DNA from: a virus
Lineage: Duplodnaviria > Caudoviricetes
Strand: one strand, 5' to 3'
Virus record (IMG/VR): IMGVR_UViG_2894352420_000001
Coordinates: 14,100-78,099 of that record
DNA: 64,000 bases
Part shown: one piece after another, positions 10,113 through 19,424 of the stretch
Numbering within the stretch: position 1 is the stretch's first letter
Layout: each line of letters opens with the position of its first letter
Notes under the pieces: generated by a model
The model's database searches: none
What the model was told of the DNA's origin: nothing
What the model saw: only the letters and a program-made list of their open reading frames with translations
Made by a program: the position numbers and the translations under genes

Positions 10113-12694
10113 GAAAGTACTTTTTAAGTCTGCTACTACTTGTAGCAGCCCTTCCGATATTCTCTCAATCTGTAATAACCTACCCTTCTTCCGGCAATAT
10201 CGCAACAGAAGAATGGGTTCAGAACTATCTATTTGATCAATTAGAGAAATACAATATCTCTGATTGTGATCTACGTATTGACACCATCGTTCAAGAGGGC
10301 TCTGCTATTGAAATAGGATTAACCGTCTCGCTTCAAAACCTGAACAACTATTCAATCAGGATTGTAAAGGGTGAGCAAACGTGGTTTTGGAACGCGGTAC
10401 CCTATACTGTTGGTGAAAGGATGCGTATCGAAGGTGTTCCACGGCTTGATTCAGTCAGAATAACAATCAGGCCTACCTTGCACCCTACATGTTACGTGGG
10501 TTTCAATTACAATCTGGGAGGTGGGGATAACCCTGATCCAACGGACCCAACAGATCCTTCGAATCCAAATCCTACGGTTCCGTGCGCATCAGGACCTACT
10601 TTGCTGACAATTACCAATGTTCAGGCAACAGCGCTTACTGCTACTTTTCACGGAAACGGGGTATTTGAAGTATTGTGGAGAATTAAAAATGGAGCAGGAG
10701 CGACAATTCGAAGTGGAAATCTAACGCCTACCTCGTCAACTTTAAATTTCACTTACAGCGCAATTCCGTACGGAAATTATACACTTGATTTAATAGGAAC
10801 GAGCTGTATAGGTTCCAGTAGCAAAACGTTTGTTTATCAGGATCCCGGAGGAATAGACCCAGGAACTCCGCCTGTTCAGAATAACGTAATTCCTGCTTTT
10901 TCACAGGTTCCGAAGTTACTTGTTACAATTTCAAATGTAAATGGTGTTTATTCTGATAATACCGCTGACGATTACCAAGAATCTGGCATAACCTACCGTA
11001 ACGCTAACGGCCGGAAATATAGGGCCCTTTACTGGTTAAATGAAGTTCCTTGGAAAAATTCAGATAATTCGATTAAATCATTTAAGAATGTTACTATTCC
11101 AAACGGTATTCTTCTTACGGTAAGGAAAGAATATGCTGACGTAAATTGGGCCGGTTCTAATTCTCATACCGATTTCAAGAACAGAGGCTGGGATATTTGG
11201 CTTCACGCAAATGAAAACCCCAACGCAGACGGTTCTTGGTTGCTTGCCACGGCTGTTACGCAGATAACGACAAATAACGGGGTTGATTTAAATACAGGCT
11301 CTTTGGTTCGGGATAATAACCCTTCGTGGTTAGATGCTAGTAAATATGTGCCTCAATTCTATTTCAACCCTTCCAGTTACTCACCAGATAAGCCAGTTAC
11401 ATTACATGCTTTTCCGGCTGGAAATACAGCGCAAGAAACAGCAGACCATTTGTCGGCCGGAGGTATTAATCACCTTTGGTGGCAAAACCTTCACGGAGCC
11501 GGTATTTACACAAACGGAGCTCCGACTCCAGGGGTAGACACGCATGGTATTTTACCTTCTTTCAACCTTTCAAGTACTGATTATTATAATATAATCAAAG
11601 GTGTTTATGGGATTGAGCTTACACCGTACGGTGGTCAAGCAACTTGCGAACAGGCCCGCACTGTTGCAGATGGTATTTTTATTTGCGAAGGCTGCGTTTA
11701 TACGGATGAATTTACAGAAGGGTTGTACCCGCAATTTGCACCTTCGAGGGAATGTTTTTACCAACGATTTAATGAAAGAGTAGCGGCGCTTGGATATACC
11801 AAAGTTCAGTTACTTGGTGATTATGGTTATGGATCTCAAAATGTTGGGTTGAACGGGAAAGATCCTTTAGGATCCTATGCACTAAGTTTGACAAATTCTA
11901 ATGTTGTAAATAACCTTGAAAATGTAGATGGATCCAATAATACAGGGTTTAAACAATACGCCCAGGGTGCATATAATTACCGTGGCACTGTAATCGGTGA
12001 TTACTACGCTATAACTGGTCTTTCTCCTGCAAGGGGAACAGCGAAATTCTGGGAAGCATTGGTTACTATAAATGCGACGCCAAACAAAGCAAAAATGTTG
12101 TTCGCTACCGACCTTATGCAGTCAAATGCACACGGGGCGGATGTTCCTTATAAAGATTCGGGAACCCTTTTGGCGAATGGAAGTATCAGTTACGATTACC
12201 CTGATACGCCCGCCGAAATAATGAAATTTGACGCGTTCTTTTCGCTTTTGGTTTACGATTCATGGTATTATTGGCAAGCATTTGGAGCGAAAAAAGTAAG
12301 CGATATTGACTGGAGGCGCACGGGTATTTGTCTTGATGCCGGGGTGGTTGGTAGTAGAATGTATGCCCGGTTAATCCCTACCCTAAACCAGGCTGGAAGA
12401 CAAATTTATGCCTGTGATTACACAGCAAATGGCGTGCCTTTTACCAGCTCAACAACAGAACGGAGGTTGCCTATAAAAGGAGTTCCACGTTACGACAACC
12501 GCTATTTCAATGAAGCGTTAGCAGCAAATAAAGGAGTTGCGCTTTGTATTCCAGGAACCAAAAAAGCATTTTTCTATTATAACACAAACATTGATCCTTC
12601 TGTAATAGAAACCGTGATTATAACTTATAACGGTGTCCAATTCAACCTGGGTCAAGTGGCTGGAAGTACAATGGTGGTGGCTTACGAACCTTGA
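10109..12694 (+). CDS. Large secreted protein (861 aa): signal peptide, ATEEWV motif, DP-rich linker, Ig-like module and unassigned C-terminal domain
   Basis: Signal ending PIFS|Q; linker DNPDPTDPTDPSNPNP. Confidence 0.6.
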   Translation: MRKYFLSLLLLVAALPIFSQSVITYPSSGNIATEEWVQNYLFDQLEKYNISDCDLRIDTIVQEGSAIEIGLTVSLQNLNNYSIRIVKGEQTWFWNAVPYTVGERMRIEGVPRLDSVRITIRPTLHPTCYVGFNYNLGGGDNPDPTDPTDPSNPNPTVPCASGPTLLTITNVQATALTATFHGNGVFEVLWRIKNGAGATIRSGNLTPTSSTLNFTYSAIPYGNYTLDLIGTSCIGSSSKTFVYQDPGGIDPGTPPVQNNVIPAFSQVPKLLVTISNVNGVYSDNTADDYQESGITYRNANGRKYRALYWLNEVPWKNSDNSIKSFKNVTIPNGILLTVRKEYADVNWAGSNSHTDFKNRGWDIWLHANENPNADGSWLLATAVTQITTNNGVDLNTGSLVRDNNPSWLDASKYVPQFYFNPSSYSPDKPVTLHAFPAGNTAQETADHLSAGGINHLWWQNLHGAGIYTNGAPTPGVDTHGILPSFNLSSTDYYNIIKGVYGIELTPYGGQATCEQARTVADGIFICEGCVYTDEFTEGLYPQFAPSRECFYQRFNERVAALGYTKVQLLGDYGYGSQNVGLNGKDPLGSYALSLTNSNVVNNLENVDGSNNTGFKQYAQGAYNYRGTVIGDYYAITGLSPARGTAKFWEALVTINATPNKAKMLFATDLMQSNAHGADVPYKDSGTLLANGSISYDYPDTPAEIMKFDAFFSLLVYDSWYYWQAFGAKKVSDIDWRRTGICLDAGVVGSRMYARLIPTLNQAGRQIYACDYTANGVPFTSSTTERRLPIKGVPRYDNRYFNEALAANKGVALCIPGTKKAFFYYNTNIDPSVIETVIITYNGVQFNLGQVAGSTMVVAYEP

Positions 12695-12720
12695 TTAACA
12701 GATAACATACACACTTTTTA

Positions 12721-14496
12721 ATGAAAAGATTAACCGGAATAATAATTTTATTACTTGTTCAAAGTTTATCCTTTGGGCAAGTAAATGTTCACATAAGTAA
12801 CGGAGGCCGTGCAGCAACTCAGGAATGGGTAAAGGTCTACCTGGAAACTCTGCTGAATCGTATAGAAGCTCCTGTTGACACTGGCGGAGTAACTACTCCT
12901 CCTTCGCCTATTTGTTCAGGTCCAAATATTCAGTCTGTTTCTTCCACAAGTCCAACAGGCCTGACTTTCACCTGGTCAGGTTTGAATGTTCCGGATATTG
13001 TATGGACTGTAAGTAATAGCACTGGTATTCTTCGTACAGGATCGGTTAATTCATCAAATCCGACCCGCAGCATTATTTACAATTCAATTGGTTATGGTAC
13101 TTTTTCTTTTAGTATTAAAGGAATTGGATGCCCTACAACTCCTGCGCCTGTAAGTTTCACTTTAGAAGCTCCCCCGGTTATTGTTTCTTCCGGAAGAAGA
13201 ATTTATATGAATACATCAGGGTATGGATTTAGCGCATCTGACCCGTATGGTATCGATCAGGATTGGAGAAAAAGAATAGAAGCATTTACAAGCCTGAATT
13301 ATAATGGTGTTACGTTTTCTGGCATCAACGGGGTAAGGCTATGTATGAAGTGGATGGACTATGAGCCTTCCCAGGGTTTATATAATGATGCAAAGTTGAT
13401 TGCGGCAATAAATTATTGTAAAAGCAAAGGCCTCAAATTAGCTATCTGCGTATTTCCTCTTAGAATAGCTACCGATGGATTCATTCCGGAGAGCGAGCGC
13501 GCGAAAGGATCTGGCGGGACAATATGGATAACAGAAATCGATAAGATAACGCTGGCACCATATAGCGTCATTGCAAAGTCAAAGTTCAGGGCTATGATAA
13601 AACATCTAGCTTCAATAATGGCTCAGTATCCCAACGACACGGATTATATATCTATGGGTTATGGGAATAGTGAAGAATTTTGGAACCCGATTGTACAGAC
13701 CTACGCACCATCAGCTTTCAGTGAGTTAACCGGATATTCTGACGTAGATAGATCAGCATGGGCAACTTATGCAGCGGCCAATGGGCATGCAGGTTTAGCG
13801 CCACCAGTTACTCCAAACATTGCTAATGCATACGATACTGGGTATTTCTGGACTACTGAAAATGGCAAATTATGGTATGATTTCATAACGGATGGATTAG
13901 TAAATCTTCATGCGACATTCCGAGATGCAGTGCATGAGGGCGGGGTAAAAGCATGTGGATTCTATGCCGACGCAGGTGGTGCGCAATCAGCCTGGTACAT
14001 GACTTACCGATTGAACAAGATATTTGCCGGATGCGATGTGATGTATTCATCCGAAGGCGCAAATAGGTATGATCTAGGTACTAAGCTACTTTCAGCTGAT
14101 GTAAATCTTGGCACCTTCCCCAACGCAGAAGCTGGAATTGAATTTGACCCCGAAGATCTTTCAACGGACGGATCTACCAATTACGGGAATAATACCGATT
14201 CTGGTCATTTACTCGAATACGGTTCTTCATTCTTTAAGCGAGGCGGCAAGATTATACATTTCGCCTTGGCTTATAGTTTTGGGGAAAATGGCACGAATAA
14301 TAATATCATTCAATTAGCTCCGGCGCTTTGGGTGCTTCAAAATGACTATGTCAAGTCTACAACGATTCCACCGATTACCTCAGTGCCAACCATTACTTTT
14401 CCGATAACAAGTTTTTCAGGTGATCAGGGATACCGGTCACTATGGTCTTCAAACGGTGGCGGCACAGACAAACAAGTAAGGATAAAAATAGAATAA
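12721..14496 (+). CDS. Secreted putative glycoside hydrolase (clan GH-A-like TIM barrel) with Ig-like module
   Basis: Signal ending LSFG|Q; VRLCMKWMDYEPSQGLYN…KGLKL; candidate catalytic Glu in GNSEE and GIEFD. Confidence 0.55.
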   Translation: MKRLTGIIILLLVQSLSFGQVNVHISNGGRAATQEWVKVYLETLLNRIEAPVDTGGVTTPPSPICSGPNIQSVSSTSPTGLTFTWSGLNVPDIVWTVSNSTGILRTGSVNSSNPTRSIIYNSIGYGTFSFSIKGIGCPTTPAPVSFTLEAPPVIVSSGRRIYMNTSGYGFSASDPYGIDQDWRKRIEAFTSLNYNGVTFSGINGVRLCMKWMDYEPSQGLYNDAKLIAAINYCKSKGLKLAICVFPLRIATDGFIPESERAKGSGGTIWITEIDKITLAPYSVIAKSKFRAMIKHLASIMAQYPNDTDYISMGYGNSEEFWNPIVQTYAPSAFSELTGYSDVDRSAWATYAAANGHAGLAPPVTPNIANAYDTGYFWTTENGKLWYDFITDGLVNLHATFRDAVHEGGVKACGFYADAGGAQSAWYMTYRLNKIFAGCDVMYSSEGANRYDLGTKLLSADVNLGTFPNAEAGIEFDPEDLSTDGSTNYGNNTDSGHLLEYGSSFFKRGGKIIHFALAYSFGENGTNNNIIQLAPALWVLQNDYVKSTTIPPITSVPTITFPITSFSGDQGYRSLWSSNGGGTDKQVRIKIE

Positions 14497-14510
14497 TATT
14501 AAAATTTATC

Positions 14511-14864
14511 ATGAAACCAAACTTTAAAAAGATCCTGATTGCAGGCGGAATTGTACTGATAAGTATTACTTGTTTTGTGCTTTACGTCCAATTTAAAAGA
14601 CAAAATCAAGCTCCAAAACAGCCAATTGATATTGCTTTGGACAGTGCAGACTATTGGAGAAAGGAGGTAATCAAGGCAGATAATAATTTAAAAGATGCAC
14701 AACAAAACTTAAAAATTCATGAAGGAAACATTGACAGCCTGGCAAAAGATATGGCCACCGATAGTTTTGCTATGGTTATCCGTCGCAGCGTGCTACGGGC
14801 AAGAGTCAAAAGTGATATTAGAGCAGGTGAAATACGTGACAGCATTAGAAGACAGCACCCTTAA
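14511..14864 (+). CDS. Membrane-anchored coiled-coil protein, spanin-like (start MKPNF at 14511)
   Basis: N-terminal TM then coiled coil; overlaps the next gene; in the lysis region. Confidence 0.45.
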   Translation: MKPNFKKILIAGGIVLISITCFVLYVQFKRQNQAPKQPIDIALDSADYWRKEVIKADNNLKDAQQNLKIHEGNIDSLAKDMATDSFAMVIRRSVLRARVKSDIRAGEIRDSIRRQHP

Positions 14865-15111
14865 ATTCGAAGCTTTAAAACCTTATGTCCGACAATTGCA
14901 AATCACACATAAACTTCAATCTGAGGCCTATGAATCAGAAAAACGTTCCCACATGTTCGACAACATCCTGCATGAATCAAAAGTGTCTGAATGCCAGACG
15001 GCACTTGACTCCGAAAAAGAGGCCGGGCGAAGGAAAGGCATTAAAGGAGCAATAATTGGAGCTGCTGCAATCACGCTGATTCGAGTTATTGCAAAGGTTG
15101 CCAGCCAATAA
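14719..15111 (+). CDS. Signal peptide plus C-terminal TM protein, spanin-like partner
   Basis: Overlaps the previous gene in another frame; two hydrophobic segments. Confidence 0.4.
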   Translation: MKETLTAWQKIWPPIVLLWLSVAACYGQESKVILEQVKYVTALEDSTLKFEALKPYVRQLQITHKLQSEAYESEKRSHMFDNILHESKVSECQTALDSEKEAGRRKGIKGAIIGAAAITLIRVIAKVASQ

Positions 15112-15146
15112 ATACACACACTAACAAAGCAAAACTCACTACCAGC

Positions 15147-15584
15147 GTGGAGAATAATATTGATAAAATCACCGACTTAACCGAGAAAAAGCCTACCCAG
15201 GCAATCATCTACATGCTTCTTACGGCACTGCTATCTCTGTCGGGCGTCATCGTCTGGCAAAATAACAAATTAGGCAATAAGGATGAAGAAAAGGAAGTCG
15301 CAGTAGCCAATCAACTCACAGCCGACAGCAAAGAAATATCCTTTTGGAAAGATCTGTATAAGGATATGAAAAAGGAGAAAGATGATTGCAACAGCCTTGT
15401 TGTGGTGCGCACTGACGCAACTGCAATAAAGGATCAGGAAAGGATAAAATTTCTCGAAGAAAGCATAAAAGGAAGTATAAAATCAACCAAAAAGCAAGCG
15501 GTCAGCATTCAGAAGCTTTCCGAAACGATCCCAACTGTCAAAACACCAACTATTACTCCAAACAATCAAACCAATGAAAACTAA
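15147..15584 (+). CDS. Membrane protein (holin/antiholin candidate)
   Basis: Single N-proximal TM followed by coiled coil; lysis region. Confidence 0.4.
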   Translation: MENNIDKITDLTEKKPTQAIIYMLLTALLSLSGVIVWQNNKLGNKDEEKEVAVANQLTADSKEISFWKDLYKDMKKEKDDCNSLVVVRTDATAIKDQERIKFLEESIKGSIKSTKKQAVSIQKLSETIPTVKTPTITPNNQTNEN

Positions 15585-16014
15585 ACATGTAACCTGGATA
15601 ACTTTGTTGCCTTTGGCTTGCCTCGTTATTTTGCTGGCTATGGGCGTAAAATCTCAACAAAGTCCAACGCAGCAATTATCAAAAGTAGATTCATTGCAAA
15701 TTCCTGCCGGTATTAAATTACCTGACAGCACTCAGATAAAGCTTGTTGTCAGAGCAAAACGACTGGATAAACTTGACAGCCTTCTTTCGCTCGATAGCAT
15801 GTTAAAAGCCAGCAATGAAAGGGCAATCGTAAATGTCAAAAAGAAAATTGCACGATTTGAACAGTACCGCAAAACCCCAATAGTTGAGCTGATTCCAAAA
15901 TCAAAGCCTTCCTTGGTCGTCAACCCACCGGTTCTTCCTGACTCGATCCCTTTTAAAAAAAAGCCGAAACGCTCAGTCTTAATGAGGATGAAGGACTTCA
16001 TTAACAAGCCTTAA
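15574..16014 (+). CDS. Membrane-anchored hypothetical protein
   Basis: N-terminal hydrophobic segment; Pro/Lys-rich tail. Confidence 0.45.
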   Translation: MKTKHVTWITLLPLACLVILLAMGVKSQQSPTQQLSKVDSLQIPAGIKLPDSTQIKLVVRAKRLDKLDSLLSLDSMLKASNERAIVNVKKKIARFEQYRKTPIVELIPKSKPSLVVNPPVLPDSIPFKKKPKRSVLMRMKDFINKP

Positions 16015-16079
16015 AGGCCGTCGGCGGAGACCCCGCCGATTACAAAATCATACACACAATTATAACAGAAATAATTAAA

Positions 16080-16604
16080 ATGGGCATTGTCCTCTGGCTT
16101 TTAGCCAAAATACTTTCTAATCTTCTTTCCATACCCGCTTTCTTTCACACCATCGCAGGAGCAATCCGTTTTAAAGGTGGCTGGAATTACATCAACCGAT
16201 CATTCCTAAATGCGGCCTACGCAGAAGATGTATATGGAAACATCGCATATGCGACTATGCTCAATGATCTGTTCATCAAAAAAGGCGGCTACCACTACGG
16301 TGCCCGGAATGAAACAATCAGCTCTGCCACTGGGAAAAACTGGGTGAACGGCAAACTAGCTTTTTTGGGCATGGGACTTGCCGGTACATTGAACCTGATT
16401 GATTATCGTAACTGGGAAAAAGGAGGACACTGCTGGGTTTCGATTCAAGGATGGTCTCAGTATGATTTCATTGGCAAGAGACCGCCACGACGTGTGCCGG
16501 TTTATTATACTGCTTCTTTTATCCTGCTTGCTTTCATCCTTCTTTTTGCCCTTTGGAAATTATCCATGTGGCTGATCATCATTCTTCACACACTACTATT
16601 TTAA
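16080..16604 (+). CDS. Membrane protein (holin candidate)
   Basis: Hydrophobic ends, NETISSATGKN motif; TAATG-coupled to the endolysin. Confidence 0.4.
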   Translation: MGIVLWLLAKILSNLLSIPAFFHTIAGAIRFKGGWNYINRSFLNAAYAEDVYGNIAYATMLNDLFIKKGGYHYGARNETISSATGKNWVNGKLAFLGMGLAGTLNLIDYRNWEKGGHCWVSIQGWSQYDFIGKRPPRRVPVYYTASFILLAFILLFALWKLSMWLIIILHTLLF

Positions 16605-17059
16605 TGAAAACACAAAAAGAATTAATTGCGAAGCTCGGTAACCCATATACGGCTCTCAAAACGTTTGAGAAAAAATGGATGGAATACTGGGATATCCCAG
16701 ACGACATCAACAAAGAAATTCCTGCCCTACCCAATAAGGTTTACATGAACTACCTGATCATCCAGCCTTTTGAAGACACGATGCGTGAGTTGATTGCGAC
16801 TGGTCTTCACAAAGAAATTAAGACATGGGATGGATGCTTTAATGTTCGCACCAAACGTGGACAATCCGGGATTTCTGTTCATTCTTGGGGCATTGCGGTT
16901 GATCTGAATGCTGCATGGAATACTTTTCATGGAAAAGTTTCCTGGTCAAATGAGTTCTTGGATGTTTGGAGACGCAATGGCTGGATTTGTGGTGCGGATT
17001 GGTCGAAGGCATCCGTTGATGGGATGCATTTTCAGGGAGACAATTTTGTTCCTGCGTAA
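16604..17059 (+). CDS. Endolysin, M15-family peptidase (start MKTQK at 16604)
   Basis: Zn-ligand motifs SVHSWGIAVDLNA and DGMHFQ. Confidence 0.8.
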   Translation: MKTQKELIAKLGNPYTALKTFEKKWMEYWDIPDDINKEIPALPNKVYMNYLIIQPFEDTMRELIATGLHKEIKTWDGCFNVRTKRGQSGISVHSWGIAVDLNAAWNTFHGKVSWSNEFLDVWRRNGWICGADWSKASVDGMHFQGDNFVPA

Positions 17060-17341
17060 TAGGCTTGTCTTCCTAGCAAATATTGATAACTTTGAATCAA
17101 GAATTAAAATAATTGAACAGGTGGCGAAAATAAACGCGCGATCGAGAGTGAGAACAACAACTGATATAGAAGATGTGATACAAATGCTAGCTGTTTTTAC
17201 ATCTGAAATTAAGGGCCGTTTGACTTGCATTAATTCATTGATCACTAACCAGATTTAGGATTAAAATTCAAACTGTAAAAAGTCTAGTCGGGTGTGGTGC
17301 CTGGTAAGTTCTCTTGAAGGTTTCAATCCTTCTCTGTTCAT

Positions 17342-17384
17342 AATAAAAATGGCCGGAAGATAAATTCTTCCGGCCATTTTTATT
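17342..17384. terminator. Bidirectional terminator between the lysis operon and the ATPase gene
   Basis: 19-bp stem AATAAAAATGGCCGGAAGA/TCTTCCGGCCATTTTTATT. Confidence 0.85.
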
Positions 17385-19229
17385 TTATGAAACGTCAATT
17401 CTTTGCAATTGCGTGAAGAGTTCAAGAAACTCGATTGATATGAACTCAGGGAATTCCTCAAAAACGTCTTCTAAAATTTTCTTTTTAAAACCATCATTCT
17501 TGTATTCTGGCTTCTTAAAAAACGGAAATGCATCCTTAACTAATTCCTCTAACCTATGACCAGGGTAGTTCAAAATCCAGTTAGGAACCAAAATTTTAAA
17601 ACCATTAATCATTTTACATTCTGAAAGACCTTCTACCAATAATTCATGATCTGCTTTTATTTTCAATAGTCCTGTAACTTTTTCACTTACTGTTTGCATT
17701 TGATCATTATCAATGCCTGATATTTTCGAAATTTTATCCGTTTCTTTAAAACCAATTTTTTCTTTGTCAATAACCTTTTCTAAAAGAAGAAATATTCCCA
17801 AAAAGAAAGGTTCAAAAAGATAATTTTCAATACTGTACCTTTTGTTCTCGCCTAACACTTTAATATTGTCATAACTGACATTCCCACTGTCATTATCGAT
17901 TATTCCAGCGACATACTTGTTTCCAGCGCTTAATAATTCTTTTGTAAAACGTTTTACTTTTTCGCATCCACCATCCTCTTTTCCTGTTGACACAAAAGTC
18001 AAGGACACATCTTGCAGCAGCTTGTCGCTAATAAGAGAATATATTGAGTTATAAACTATAAAATCAATATTTGATTCAACAAATACTTGCCGTTTGTCCT
18101 CGTACAGTAAATTCAAATTATTCAACCCCGCAGTTAGGGATTTAATAGCTTTCTTTTTTCCAATTTTTATTGGATAACCTTTTTCTCTATCCATTAAATA
18201 AATTGCAGATTCCGGGACTAATGCTATCGTTGTAGGAGAATGGGTAGTCATTATCACCTTGACGCCATTTGCTCCCACTATTACATCTTGTATGACATCC
18301 AATAATAATTTAGACATTGAAGGATGTAATAGAGAATCGGGTTCATCAAACAGAATTAATTGAGGAAAATTGCCTCCTATTGTCGATGAGTATAGCGCAA
18401 AAATCAAAGACATAATTGTCTTTTCACCTGAAGACAAAAATAGGAAATAGATCAAATTACCATTTTCAACATCTTTAAGCTGCACCTGTGGAATATAATC
18501 TTCGTTCATTGGTGTTTCGTAAACTACACGGTACTTAAAATTTGCTCTTTCTAAGATTTCATTGAATACTACCCATGGTGCCTTTTTACCGGAAGTTAGG
18601 TGATTGTAATATTTATTTTTTAAGTAAAATTGGTAAAATAACAATTGTATAGAGGGAGAAAACAGCTCATTTAGCACATCAAGAAAAACTATATAATCAT
18701 TTATCGTTAGGTCACTTGGTGCCTTATTACTCTTATCACATAAATCTTTAACATATTTAAGCTTATGTTCCTGTATTTTAACAATATCATTTTGGAAATG
18801 CATAAGATTTGTCGCCAGATTCCCAATCGCATGTGATCTAAAAAATTCCAAAATAACTTGGTTTAGAGCAGCAACTTCTTCCTCCAAATTTTGGTATTTA
18901 ATATGTCTGGTAAGTGATAATGCCATGACAATAGGCCGCAAGATGCCCCAACTCGTTGTTAAGTCATTTACTAAATTATTTTCGTTGCCATCTATATAAT
19001 TCAAACCTGGACTTACATAAACGGCATTTTCTAATATCTTATTTTCGTCGTCATATATACCTCCAAAACGCGAATAATCCCGTACCATCCCTTGACATGC
19101 GTTCAAGATCCACTGTAACAATTGAGTTTTACCTGAACCATTTTCTCCTGTCAAAACGGTAAAATCATTTAAATCGATTGGACCGGCATCTTTTAAAATC
19201 TGGTCATTGCCTTGTAAATGTAAAATCAT
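17385..19229 (-). CDS. ABC-type ATPase fused to a TOPRIM-like domain (OLD-like nuclease; probable anti-phage defence)
   Basis: Walker A GENGSGKT, signature LSSGEK, Walker B LFDEPD, H-loop THSP; TOPRIM FVESNID…IIDND…SIENY. Confidence 0.75.
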   Translation of the reverse strand: MILHLQGNDQILKDAGPIDLNDFTVLTGENGSGKTQLLQWILNACQGMVRDYSRFGGIYDDENKILENAVYVSPGLNYIDGNENNLVNDLTTSWGILRPIVMALSLTRHIKYQNLEEEVAALNQVILEFFRSHAIGNLATNLMHFQNDIVKIQEHKLKYVKDLCDKSNKAPSDLTINDYIVFLDVLNELFSPSIQLLFYQFYLKNKYYNHLTSGKKAPWVVFNEILERANFKYRVVYETPMNEDYIPQVQLKDVENGNLIYFLFLSSGEKTIMSLIFALYSSTIGGNFPQLILFDEPDSLLHPSMSKLLLDVIQDVIVGANGVKVIMTTHSPTTIALVPESAIYLMDREKGYPIKIGKKKAIKSLTAGLNNLNLLYEDKRQVFVESNIDFIVYNSIYSLISDKLLQDVSLTFVSTGKEDGGCEKVKRFTKELLSAGNKYVAGIIDNDSGNVSYDNIKVLGENKRYSIENYLFEPFFLGIFLLLEKVIDKEKIGFKETDKISKISGIDNDQMQTVSEKVTGLLKIKADHELLVEGLSECKMINGFKILVPNWILNYPGHRLEELVKDAFPFFKKPEYKNDGFKKKILEDVFEEFPEFISIEFLELFTQLQRIDVS

Positions 19230-19354
19230 TCTGTTTCAAAATTATAATGGAGGCTACTTTCTTGGCTAATGTAGGTATTTTTTTATCTCGTTTTTGATAA
19301 AGCCGCTAAGCTTATAAATATTCGCTGTCATGTCAATGTTGTCAATATTTTAAC

Positions 19355-19373
19355 ATACTTATATTGTAAGTAT
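19355..19373. promoter_or_regulatory. Palindromic operator ATACTTA-N5-TAAGTAT
   Basis: Perfect arms; the motif recurs at 9591, 32847 and 46568. Confidence 0.6.
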
Positions 19374-19424
19374 TTTTAATTATATTTACGATATAAAAAG
19401 ATTACCATACACACACTACGAAAA

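Noticed and set aside
16908-17258. 116-aa ORF overlapping the endolysin
   Set aside because: Mostly alternative frame of the endolysin; the 3' part might be a decayed gene but lacks support
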